A stretch of 63,938 bases of DNA, filler included, from Candidatus Tectimicrobiota bacterium (lineage in GTDB: Bacteria; JACPSX01), in the NCBI GenBank assembly GCA_016193065.1. It is 9 parts of 9 records of this genome, joined end to end, with 100 filler letters (N's around TTAATTAATTAA, not from the genome) between each part and the next. Parts side by side here need not be neighbours in the genome. Positions count along the whole stretch, not along the records: positions 1 to 10,719 come from JACPSX010000047.1; positions 10,820 to 28,717 come from JACPSX010000160.1; 7 more parts are not named here. One strand, given 5' to 3'. The notes beneath the pieces are model-generated. The model had not been told where the DNA came from and ran no database searches. It saw nothing but the letters and a program-made list of their open reading frames with translations. A program made the position numbers and the translations under genes. Shown in pieces: positions 8,444 to 17,676 of the stretch. Positions within the stretch are counted from its first letter, which is position 1, and each line of letters begins with the position of its first letter.

Positions 8444-10719
8444 ATGCTGACAGGAATCGTCAAAAAGGTTATCGGCAGCAAGAACGACCGGGAGCTGCGC
8501 CGGATTCAGCCTCTCGTCGATCGCGTGAACCAACTCGAACCCCGGGTGCAGGCTCTCACAGCCGAACAAATGGTGGCCAAGACTGGGGAATTCCGGGAAC
8601 GTCTCCAGCGGGGGGAATCCCTCGACAGTATACTTCCGGAAGCTTTCGTCCTGGCTCGCGAGGCGGCCCGGCGTACGATCAACATGCGCCACTTCGACGT
8701 CCAAATCGTCGGCGGCGTCGTCCTCCACGAAGGGAAGATCGCCGAGATGAAAACCGGCGAGGGGAAGACTCTGGTTGCCACCTTGGCCGTCTATTTGAAT
8801 AGCCTGTTGGGGAAAGGGGTTCACGTCGTTACTGTGAATGATTACCTGGCCCGCCGGGATAGCGAATGGATGGGACCTGTTTACCGCTACTTGGGCCTGG
8901 CGGTCGGCGTGATTCAACACCAGATGGGGGATCTGGAGAGACAGCAAGCTTACCGGTGCGATGTCACTTATGGGACCAACAATGAATTCGGCTTCGATTA
9001 CCTGAGGGATAACATGAAGTTTGCCCTGGACCACTGCGTCCAGAGAGAGCTCCATTACGCCATCGTTGATGAGGTGGACAGCATTCTCGTCGATGAGGCC
9101 AGAACCCCTCTCATCATTTCGGGTCCTGCCGAAGAATCGACGGATAAGTACGACAAGATCGATCGCACGATCCCAAGGTTGCGGGCGGGACGGGACTATC
9201 AGGTGGATGAGAAGTACCGCGCGGTCACGCTTACCGAGGAAGGGGTGACAAAATCTGAAGGTCTGCTCGGAATTGAGAACCTGTATGACCTTTCCAACAT
9301 TGACACCCTTCACCACATCAATCAAGCCCTCAAGGCCCACACCCTGTTCAAGCGGGATGTGGACTATGTGGTTAAGGACGGGGAGGTCATCATCGTCGAT
9401 GAATTTACCGGGCGTCTGATGCCGGGTCGGCGCTACAGCGACGGGCTACACCAGGCTCTGGAAGCCAAGGAAAAGGTCAGTGTGGCCAATGAAAACCAGA
9501 CCCTGGCCACCATTACCTTTCAGAACTACTTCCGCATGTACGAAAAGCTGGCCGGGATGACGGGAACGGCGGATACGGAGGCCGCTGAGTTCCACAAGAT
9601 CTACGCCCTCGACGTCGTGGTGATTCCCACCAACAAGCCTCTGATCCGGACAACTTACCCCGACGTGGTGTACAGGACCGAGGAAGAGAAATTCCGGGCG
9701 GCCGTTGAGGAGATCGTGGAACTGCACGAAATGGGACGTCCCGTGCTGGTGGGGACGATCTCCATCGAGAAGTCGGAGCATCTGAGCAGCATGCTGCGCA
9801 AACGCGGCATCGATCACCATGTCCTGAATGCCAAGCACCACGAAAAGGAGGCCGAGATAATCGCCCAGGCGGGCCAGAGAGGGGCTGTAACCATAGCGAC
9901 GAACATGGCGGGCCGCGGTACCGATATTATTCTCGGAGGGGAGGTCGCCGCCCTGGCAGGTTTGCACATCCTGGGCACCGAACGACACGAGAGCCGGCGA
10001 ATCGATAACCAGCTCCGGGGCCGCGCCGGCCGCCAGGGAGATCCAGGATCCTCCCGCTTCTATCTGTCGCTGGAAGATGATCTGTTGCGAATCTTCGGGT
10101 CGGACCGGATTTCCGGGATTATGGAGAAGCTCGGGATGGAAGACGGCCAGCCCATCGAGAACCGCCTGGTCACCAGGGCAATCGAGAACGCCCAGGGGCG
10201 CGTCGAGGCCCATAACTTCGAGATTCGCAAGCAACTTCTGGAATATGACGACGTCCTGAACAAGCAGAGGGAGGTCATTTACGCCCAGCGCCGGCAGATT
10301 CTGGAAGGGAGAGAAACCAAGGAGATGTTTCTCGATATGGTCGGCGACGTTCTGGATGGGGTCATAGAGCAGTTTCTAGGCCGGGACCGCCATCCCCAGG
10401 ACTGGGACCTGGAGGGGCTGGCCGAAGCCCTGCAGAGACAGTTTTCCCTAGAGGCTAGACTGGAAGGTTCCGAAAATCTGATGCTTGCCGGCCGCTCTTC
10501 CAAGCCCCTGGCGGAGTTCACGCCGGAGGAGATCCGCGACTTCCTGTGGGCAGCCATTTTATCCCATCACGAGGCGCGGGGAGAAGAGTATGGACCGGAA
10601 CTGATGTGTTACCTGGAGAGGCGGTTCATGCTGGAGGTGCTCGACAACCTCTGGAAGGATCACCTCCTGAGCATGGATTACCTGAAGGAAGGAATCGGGC
10701 TGCGAGGATACGCCCAGAA
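8444..10719 (+). CDS. secA: Preprotein translocase subunit SecA (3' truncated by contig end)
   Basis: [37 protein letters not shown] and [19 protein letters not shown]. Confidence 0.98.
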
Positions 10720-10819
10720 NNNNNNNNNNNNNNNNNNNNNNNNNNNNNNNNNNNNNNNNNNNNTTAATTAATTAANNNNNNNNNNNNNNNNNNNNNNNNN
10801 NNNNNNNNNNNNNNNNNNN
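10720..10819. other. Artificial contig spacer
   Basis: N44-TTAATTAATTAA-N44 (stop codons in all frames). Confidence 0.98.
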
Positions 10820-10905
10820 AGATCCTGATAGCCGATTTCCAGCGCCTCAAGGCAGGTCCTCATATCCAGGAGCTTTTCGACTTCCTCATTGTTGATCAAC
10901 AGCAT
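10820..10905 (-). CDS. N-terminus of an ornithine cyclodeaminase/mu-crystallin family protein (partial)
   Basis: MLLINNEEVEKLLDMRTCLEALEIGYQD with RBS GGAGG; typical OCD-family start. Confidence 0.6.
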
Positions 10906-11137
10906 CAGTTGTCCTCCACTGACAGGCAGCACGGTTTTAGAGGAACACGGCATGGGGACTCAGCCTTGTCTTGTAAGGTCTCGGTGCTATTCTAGGCTCC
11001 CCAGAAACTCCCTGTCAGCAAAAATCTGCGCACTTGGATCTTCCTGGCGAGTTGCGCTCATCTCCCTCGATTCCCCGCGGAAACGTCTCGCCGCAAGCCG
11101 TTCGCCTGCGGGGCAACTCCCTCGGAGACAGAGCACA

Positions 11138-11346
11138 AAGGGGACTGACCTTCTCGCCCTGAGCGAAACTGCCGGGAGCAGCGGGGACCCACCGGGAGCG
11201 GCCAGGGATGGGAAACCGCGCAGCCTAACCTCGCTTGCAGATAGCCGAATCATTACCGTGGCGGTAGCGGAGGGGTCCCACCCTGGGCGCCCCGAGAAGG
11301 GTCGCTGCGGGGGGCGTGAAGCGAGGGGCGGGAGGCAGTCCCCTTT
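11138..11346 (+). ncRNA. Candidate structured cis-regulatory RNA in the leader of the ThDP enzyme gene
   Basis: Nested pairings: AAAGGGGACTG/CAGTCCCCTTT, CCAGGG-A-TGGGA/TCCCACCCTGG and GCAGCG..ACCC/GGGTCGCTGC. Sub-motifs are reminiscent of c-di-AMP riboswitches. Confidence 0.4.
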
Positions 11347-11468
11347 TCCACGGAGCCGCAAAAACTGGTGGGCAAGTCCTCGCTTGCCTTGACTTGGGAA
11401 TCGGCCCTGTGGTACCGTCTCCCGACAATCCGAAAAGGCAAAGTACCTGGAGAAGGAGGTGTGGGTCG

Positions 11469-13121
11469 ATGCCCTCCGGCGCACAACTGTTTGTCGAATG
11501 TCTCAAAGCCCTCGGCGTGACTCACGTCTTCAGTCTCCCCGGAACGGGGATCATGATTCTGCTGGAAGCCCTGGAGCATGCCCCGGAGATCCGCTGCATC
11601 ACGGTCCGGCACGAGCAACTCGCATCTCACATGGCGGATGGATACGCGCGGACCAGTGGAAAACCGGGCGTCGTCCTGGCTTCCCGCGGTCCCGGGGCCG
11701 CCAATACGCTGGTAGGGCTAACCTGCGCGTATCCCGCCTGCTCTCCGGTGGTGGTCATTGCAGGCCAGACTCCAACCCGGTGGCTCGGTCGGGAAGCTTT
11801 TGAAGAGTTTGACCTGGTCGCCATGTTCCGTCCCGTCACCAAACACGCTTTCCAAGCCCAAAGGGCCTCTACATTCCCTGAAGTGTTGCGCCGGGCGTTT
11901 TGGGAGGCATCCAGTGGCCGGCCGGGGCCAACTTTCTTGAGCGTCCCTTCCGACCTCTTCCAGGAGGAAGTCGAAGCATCCATTTCACCCGTTCCTCTCT
12001 CGATCCCGCCGCGGCTGCGACCGGATCCCGGCCCGATTACCCGGGCGCTGGACCTTCTCTTGGAGGCGCGCTTTCCGGTCATGCTCCTGGGGGGTGGCGT
12101 GAACATTTCCGGAGCGGCATCCGAAGCGGTGACCCTGGCCGAGCGCCTGGGCCTGGCCGTCGTGCCCAGCAGCGAACCGGACGTTTTCCCCACCCACCAC
12201 CCTCTCTTCGTCAACGATCGCCAGGTGGTCAAGGAAGCGGACGTGGTCCTGGCCGTCGGTTGCCGGTTTTCCGAATTAGGAACTTTCGGCTGGACCCTGC
12301 TGCCCGGCAACGCGCGCTTGATCCACATCGACATCGATCCCTTCCAGATCGATAAAGTATACACGGCGGAAGTGGGAATCATCGCCGACGCGAAAGCCGC
12401 CTTGACGGATCTCCTGGAAGCCGTCTCCGCTGCCCGCCTCCAGGCCGCGGCGAGCCAACGCATCGAGGAACGCCGGAATCAGGTACGAATGCGTCACGAG
12501 GATTTCCAGCGCCGGCGCTGGCCCAAGGAGGGCTGGGACTCCGGGCCGATCACCCCCTGGCGATTTCTCCGTGATCTGCAGGAAGTCTTACCCGGCGATG
12601 CCCTGATTGCTTCCAATGCCGCCACACTGGGACATTGGCTCAACCGCTGTTATGATTTCGGGACGCCGGGAACCCTCCTGTACTCCGTGGGAGGGGCCAC
12701 GGGCTTCGGCCTCCCGGCCGCCGCCGGCGCAAAGCTCGCCCTCCCGGAGCGCACGGTGGTATGCCTGTGCGGAGACGGGGCGTTCACCATGGTGGAGGGG
12801 ACGCTGAGCACGCTGGTCCACGACCGGATTCCGCTTTTCACGATGGTGTGGAACAACTCGGCCTTTCTCCAAACCGCGCTCCACGTTCCGACCGTCTCCG
12901 GAAACTACCTCAAGAACCCCGACTTCGTCACCATCGCCCGGGCCTATGGGATTTCCGGCAGGCGGGTGGAGCACCCCGGACAGATCAAGGAGGCCCTTGT
13001 CTGGGGACTGAAGGAAACCCGGGAGGGCCGTCCGAGCGTCGTGGAGGTGATCGCAACCAGCGACCTGAACGAGGCGACTCCCGCCCGCTACTTCCGGCTG
13101 GGACGAGGCGGCGGCAATTAG
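11469..13121 (+). CDS. Thiamine pyrophosphate-binding enzyme (acetolactate synthase/benzoylformate decarboxylase-like)
   Basis: RHEQ-A-MADGYAR, GPGAAN and the GDGAF...WNN ThDP motif. RBS AGAAGGAGGT precedes ATG 11469. Confidence 0.9.
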   Translation: MPSGAQLFVECLKALGVTHVFSLPGTGIMILLEALEHAPEIRCITVRHEQLASHMADGYARTSGKPGVVLASRGPGAANTLVGLTCAYPACSPVVVIAGQTPTRWLGREAFEEFDLVAMFRPVTKHAFQAQRASTFPEVLRRAFWEASSGRPGPTFLSVPSDLFQEEVEASISPVPLSIPPRLRPDPGPITRALDLLLEARFPVMLLGGGVNISGAASEAVTLAERLGLAVVPSSEPDVFPTHHPLFVNDRQVVKEADVVLAVGCRFSELGTFGWTLLPGNARLIHIDIDPFQIDKVYTAEVGIIADAKAALTDLLEAVSAARLQAAASQRIEERRNQVRMRHEDFQRRRWPKEGWDSGPITPWRFLRDLQEVLPGDALIASNAATLGHWLNRCYDFGTPGTLLYSVGGATGFGLPAAAGAKLALPERTVVCLCGDGAFTMVEGTLSTLVHDRIPLFTMVWNNSAFLQTALHVPTVSGNYLKNPDFVTIARAYGISGRRVEHPGQIKEALVWGLKETREGRPSVVEVIATSDLNEATPARYFRLGRGGGN

Positions 13122-13155
13122 CCGAGGGAAACGGACACCTGAAGGAGAGGGCATT

Positions 13156-14121
13156 ATGCGCGGCATTTCAACTCTGACCTTGCTTCTGTTTCTAAGCGGA
13201 TCACTGCTGGCGTCACCAGACCCCGCTTCCGCCCAGAGCTCGCTCATCAAGACCCGCCTGGCCATTCCCGTAACCGGCTTGAGCCAGCTCCCCATCTTCG
13301 TCGCCAGGGACAAGAAGACCTTTCAGGGCGAAGGGCTGGACGTGGAGATCATCGAGATGAGAGCGGCTTTGGCCATTCCCGCCCTCACCGGCAGCCAGAT
13401 CGACTTCACCACGACGGCCGAGACCACAATCCGCCGGGCCGTTTCCGGACTGCCCCTGAAGGCTCTGGGCTTCATCGCGATCCGGCCCGCCCTGGTGCTC
13501 ATGTCCAGGCCGGGGATCAATTCCGTGGCGGATCTCAAAGGAGGAACGATCGCCGTGACCTCCCTGCGCGCCACCGTGGACTTTGTGGCCCGGGACGTGG
13601 CGCGCCATTTCGGCCTGAACCCGGACAAGGACATCACCTCCATCGCCCTGGGCAGCGACGCGAACAAGCTCGCGGCCGTCAAGAGCGGCGCCGCGGACGC
13701 CGCCATCATTACCTTGCCGGGGGACACCCTCGGCGAAGAGATGGGCCTCAAGAAGCTTGCCGCCGCCTGGGACTATGTGGAGGGCCTGCAGTCCGGGTTG
13801 GCCACTTCGGACAAGGTGATCAAAGAAGAGCGGGACAAGGTTGTGAGAATGACCCGTGCGTTCGTGAAGAGCCTCGCACTGGCGCGCCAGGATCGGGAAA
13901 ACACCGTACCTCTCATCATGAAGCTGTACAAATTAAACCGCAAAGTAGCCGAGAGCAGCCTGGACCAGATGATCAAGACCTTCAGCCCCGATGGGGAAGC
14001 CCCGGAGCACCTCGTGCGCAAACTGATCGAGGAGGTAAGGCAAGAACAAAAAATGGAGAAGGAAGTGCCTCTCTCCCAGGTCGTGGACTTCTCGTTCGTC
14101 CGCCAGGCGCGCGGTCAATAA
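13156..14121 (+). CDS. ABC transporter substrate-binding protein (NMT1/THI5/SsuA-like)
   Basis: Signal peptide; F-EGLDVEII, ALTGSQIDF, VADLKG and GLNPDKDI. Confidence 0.85.
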   Translation: MRGISTLTLLLFLSGSLLASPDPASAQSSLIKTRLAIPVTGLSQLPIFVARDKKTFQGEGLDVEIIEMRAALAIPALTGSQIDFTTTAETTIRRAVSGLPLKALGFIAIRPALVLMSRPGINSVADLKGGTIAVTSLRATVDFVARDVARHFGLNPDKDITSIALGSDANKLAAVKSGAADAAIITLPGDTLGEEMGLKKLAAAWDYVEGLQSGLATSDKVIKEERDKVVRMTRAFVKSLALARQDRENTVPLIMKLYKLNRKVAESSLDQMIKTFSPDGEAPEHLVRKLIEEVRQEQKMEKEVPLSQVVDFSFVRQARGQ

Positions 14122-14125
14122 GAGT

Positions 14126-14665
14126 GTGGAGATCTTCACGGTAGGGCACTCCACCCGGGAAATGGGTGAATTCCTGGAGCTGATGGAGGCCCACGGAATT
14201 GAGCTCGTGGTCGACGTGCGCACGGTCCCCCGGTCGCGCCACGTTCCCCAGTTTAATCGGGATTCCCTCGAGAAGGTCCTTCCGATGCATGGTGTCGCGT
14301 ACCGCCATCTGGCCTTGCTGGGAGGGCTTCGCAAACCCCGGAAGGACTCGCCAAACCTGGGCTGGCGCAACGAGAGCTTCCGCGGCTTTGCCGACTACAT
14401 GCAAGAGGACCACTTCTGGGATGGGATCGCCGAGCTGGAAGCGCTGGCCTGCGACCAGCGCGTAGCCATCATGTGCGCCGAGGCCGTGCCGTGGCGCTGC
14501 CACCGCTCATTGATCGCGGACACTCTGCTGATTCACGGCATCGTGGTGCGCCACATCTTCTCCAAGACCAAGGTCGAGACGCACGCGATGACTCCTTTTG
14601 CCGTCGTCCAGGAAGGTCGCATCCTGTACCCGCCCGGCGGTCCTCAAAGTGCAGGTAACTTTTGA
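14126..14665 (+). CDS. DUF488 family protein
   Basis: IFTVGHSTR, VDVRTVPRSR-PQFN, LGGLR and MCAEAVPWRCHRSLIAD. Confidence 0.9.
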   Translation: MEIFTVGHSTREMGEFLELMEAHGIELVVDVRTVPRSRHVPQFNRDSLEKVLPMHGVAYRHLALLGGLRKPRKDSPNLGWRNESFRGFADYMQEDHFWDGIAELEALACDQRVAIMCAEAVPWRCHRSLIADTLLIHGIVVRHIFSKTKVETHAMTPFAVVQEGRILYPPGGPQSAGNF

Positions 14666-14810
14666 CAGGGGCCTGGGGATCTGCTAGGTTTTGATCCATC
14701 TCCAAGCCATCGGCGATGCCATGTGACTTTCAGAGGTAAGCGGACCCGCATATCTTCAAGACCGCACAGGTCGGGCGTCCCGAAGGATGCCGGACTTAGA
14801 GGAGAGGAAA

Positions 14811-15803
14811 ATGAAAAAGTCGATCTGGTTGCAGAGCTTCATCCTGGTGTTGCTCCTCGCAGCGCCGGCTGCCGCCCAGGAAAAGATCAACCTGGCCTAT
14901 ATTTCCCCGGCCGCGGAGGCCAACGCGGCTTTCTGGATCGGCAAGGAAGCGGGTCTCTACAAGAAGCACGGCCTGGATGTGAACCTGATCTTCATCGACG
15001 GCTCCCCCAGAAGTATTCAGGCCCTGCTGGCTGGGGAACTGCAGATCATCCACACCACGGGAGTCGCCGAGGCGAACGCCAAGCTGAGCGGAGGCGACGT
15101 GGTCCTCTTCATGGGGCTCAGCGTGGTCCTGCCCTACTATCTGGTCACCAGCCCCGATGTTCAGAAGGTCCAAGACCTCAAAGGGAAAGTGGGTGCGAAT
15201 CACATTCCGGCCACTTCCGCCGACCTTGCCACGCGCATGGGATTGCGAAGTCTGGGACTTGACCCCGACAAGGACGTGATCCTGAGGTCCGTCGGCGGCA
15301 CCAACCTGCGGATGGCAGCCCTCAGGCAAGGGATTGCCCAGTTCACCCTCGTTTCAGAGGGGGACAAAGTGGCAAGCGAGAAGGCTGGATTCAAGGTGCT
15401 CGTCGACTTCGCTCAAAAAGGAATTCCCTTCCAGCACACCGCTGTCGCCTCCAGCTCAAAATTTCTCAAGGAAAAGAGAGAGACAGCGATGCGATTCGCC
15501 CGGGGCATCGTGGAGTCCATTTACTTTTTCAAGACCCGGAAACCCGAGACCATTTCGATCATCAAAAAGTATACCCGGACTGACAACATGGAGGCCCTGG
15601 AAGCTGCCTACCTCTGGCAGAAACAGTATCTTCCGGAAGTCCCCTACCCTTCCATCGACGGCATGAAGCTCATTCTTGCCGAGGTGGCCCGCAAACGTCC
15701 GGAGGCAGCCAAGGCGGAGGTCTCCCAGTTCGTGGACATGAGCATCGTGAAGAGCCTGGAAGACTCCGGCTTCATCAAGGAGATCTTTCACCGGCCGAAC
15801 TAG
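14811..15803 (+). CDS. ABC transporter substrate-binding protein (NMT1/THI5/SsuA-like)
   Basis: Signal peptide; KEAGLYKKHGLDV, QALLAGE, DLKGK and GLDPDKDV. Confidence 0.85.
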   Translation: MKKSIWLQSFILVLLLAAPAAAQEKINLAYISPAAEANAAFWIGKEAGLYKKHGLDVNLIFIDGSPRSIQALLAGELQIIHTTGVAEANAKLSGGDVVLFMGLSVVLPYYLVTSPDVQKVQDLKGKVGANHIPATSADLATRMGLRSLGLDPDKDVILRSVGGTNLRMAALRQGIAQFTLVSEGDKVASEKAGFKVLVDFAQKGIPFQHTAVASSSKFLKEKRETAMRFARGIVESIYFFKTRKPETISIIKKYTRTDNMEALEAAYLWQKQYLPEVPYPSIDGMKLILAEVARKRPEAAKAEVSQFVDMSIVKSLEDSGFIKEIFHRPN

Positions 15804-15816
15804 TGCCGGGCCAAAG

Positions 15817-15901
15817 GGCTGAGAGCTAAGTGCTAAGGGCCAGAAAAAGCGAAGAGCGAAGGAGTCTCCGGCTCTGGGCTCTAGGCACTAAGCACTCAGC
15901 T
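15817..15901. repeat. Imperfect inverted repeat built from heptamer units between convergent genes
   Basis: GGCTGAGAGCTAAGTGCTAAGGGCCAGA ... TCTGGGCTCTAGGCACTAAGCACTCAGCT. Confidence 0.65.
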
Positions 15902-15906
15902 CTTCT

Positions 15907-16977
15907 TCATTGACCTTTCAGGATTTGCCCAATCTCCCGCTCCGTCTGGGCGCCCTTTTCGGAAAGCATGAAATCCAGCAAACCCGGCACCTGCTGTACG
16001 GCATAAACCTTGAGCCCAAGCTTGCGGTCCGCTTGGTCAATATCGTGCTCAAAGTTGCCTGGATAAAACACGCTGCCCGCGCCGGCTTCCTCGATCATAT
16101 ATTTATCTCCTTCCGGGCTCGCCAGGAAGACGGCTAAGAGCTTTGCGGCGTTCGGGCGCCGAGCCCCTTTCGCAACATAAACAGCATGAACTGTAGACAA
16201 GGAAATATCGGGAGAGACCCACTGAGCAGGCACTCCCTTCTTTTTTGCCTCCCAATAAAAGCTGCTGGCAGTAAGAAGAATCGGATACTCGCCAGCCATA
16301 TAGCGGGTTAAGCCGGTCGCGTAAGTGTCCACCACGGGATCGTTTTTCATAATCTCCCGCAACGTGGACAGGGTCTTATCGATGCCCAGGACATAGGCAA
16401 AATTAAGGTAAATGGTTGTATAGGGATGAATGGCAATCTTCCCTCGCCACTTCGGATTGGCCAGATCCTTTAGAGACTTGGGAGCCTCCTGAGCGGAGAT
16501 GACATTGGGATTGTAAACGAACCCGTAGTGGTTTGTGTGCTCGGAAAGGGCATTCCCATCAAACTGGATTACCTGAGGTGGAGTCCCCTCGGCGAGGAGC
16601 GGTTTCCAATCCACCTTCTCCGTGATCCCGGCAGCGACGGCCCTGGCAAGGGTCGCATCGGAGAGAATCATGAGGTCAAACGTGGGTGCCGCCCCCGTCT
16701 TGTGCTCGGTGATGGCCTTAACAAGATGTTCGGGGTAGGATCTCACCGGTGTATAGTCGATTTGCAGATCCACCCCGTACTTTTCCGCCACACCTCGCCT
16801 GAGACGCTCGATCCCTTTGCCGTAAAGGCTAGCGTGTAGCATCACCGCAACTCGCCCTTCCCTTTTTGCTCCTTCGATAACCCGGGACAAGGCCGGGGAA
16901 GTTGCCCCGAATGCTTGTACTCCTCCCCAAGACCACGCGAGAAGAATCACCCCTAAGAGAACCAATATCTTACGCAT
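15907..16977 (-). CDS. ABC transporter substrate-binding protein (AfuA/PotD-like extracellular solute-binding family)
   Basis: Signal peptide MRKILVLLG; EGAKREG, YNPNVI-APKSLKDLANPKWRGKI and A-RPNAAKL. RBS AGGAGG. Confidence 0.85.
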   Translation of the reverse strand: MRKILVLLGVILLAWSWGGVQAFGATSPALSRVIEGAKREGRVAVMLHASLYGKGIERLRRGVAEKYGVDLQIDYTPVRSYPEHLVKAITEHKTGAAPTFDLMILSDATLARAVAAGITEKVDWKPLLAEGTPPQVIQFDGNALSEHTNHYGFVYNPNVISAQEAPKSLKDLANPKWRGKIAIHPYTTIYLNFAYVLGIDKTLSTLREIMKNDPVVDTYATGLTRYMAGEYPILLTASSFYWEAKKKGVPAQWVSPDISLSTVHAVYVAKGARRPNAAKLLAVFLASPEGDKYMIEEAGAGSVFYPGNFEHDIDQADRKLGLKVYAVQQVPGLLDFMLSEKGAQTEREIGQILKGQ

Positions 16978-17621
16978 CCTGAATCCTCCTTGACGGATAA
17001 GGATCTCAACGCTCCCGGTGTCAATTGGCCAGTGCGGAGGAGAGAGAGAAACACAAACTGTCACCCCATGTCCTTCCGCAGGAGCAAGGTTCACGCTTAC
17101 GAAGGGATTCCTTCGTCGCATTCCACCAATTACAAATTGCATGAGGAGATTCCATGCATCTTAAGAGATACCCGTCTCAAAGTCAAAGAGCATTTCCCGT
17201 TTGAGGGCGCAGAGGGAAGATGAACCTGTGCAGAAGGCGTCCTTCCGCGATGAGGAATCCCGGCTCGACTTTTAAGGAAAGTGGATGTATTGCGACTTTC
17301 TTCAAGCCCGACTGAAGAAAATATATGAAACCAGCTCCTTTCATTTGTTGGTCTCACTATCGGCGACGTGATTGGCTGATGGTTGGGCGCTCACATGGGG
17401 ATAATGACTGCCTTCATCATCAGTACAATTGGCGCCGCAGTCGGACTGTACATCGCCTTGCGGATTTACGGAGAATATATTGGGTAACGTCCAAGCCATA
17501 CAGATCGCAAGAATCAGATGCGAAAATCCGTCCTTAGAGCATGATATAGAAGTGTAAGTATCTATTTTAATTTATCATCCATTTAAATTGAACCTTCAGT
17601 AGCTGTCCTCAAAAAAATAAA

Positions 17622-17650
17622 TTGACATATCATCTGATAAATCATATGAT
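17622..17650 (+). promoter_or_regulatory. Sigma-70 promoter of the hsd operon overlapped by two ATCA-N2-TGAT palindromes
   Basis: TTGACA-N17-TATGAT, with TATCATCTGATA (17628-17639) and ATCATATGAT (17641-17650). Confidence 0.65.
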
Positions 17651-17676
17651 CCCTTGAAATTCGGGGAGGCCAGAAC

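Noticed and set aside
9910-9970. Deletion in SecA ([20 protein letters not shown])
   Set aside because: Short SecA forms lacking the variable insertion occur naturally, so this cannot be called a lesion.
10720-10819. Recurring TTAATTAATTAA flanked by Ns (eight times) as a biological repeat
   Set aside because: Identical 100-bp artificial contig spacers. Gene adjacency across them is meaningless.
11100-11460. TPP or Moco riboswitch upstream of the ThDP enzyme
   Set aside because: The TPP core (CUGAGA...CCUGA...GGAUAAUGCC) is absent, and Moco-like fragments (GGCCAGGG..GGAAAC; TCTCCCG..GGAGAAGGAG) are too far apart to call. Kept only as an unassigned structured leader.
17000-17600. Short ORFs upstream of hsdM as genes or an integration site
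   Set aside because: No recognisable motifs, integrase, tRNA or att repeat.
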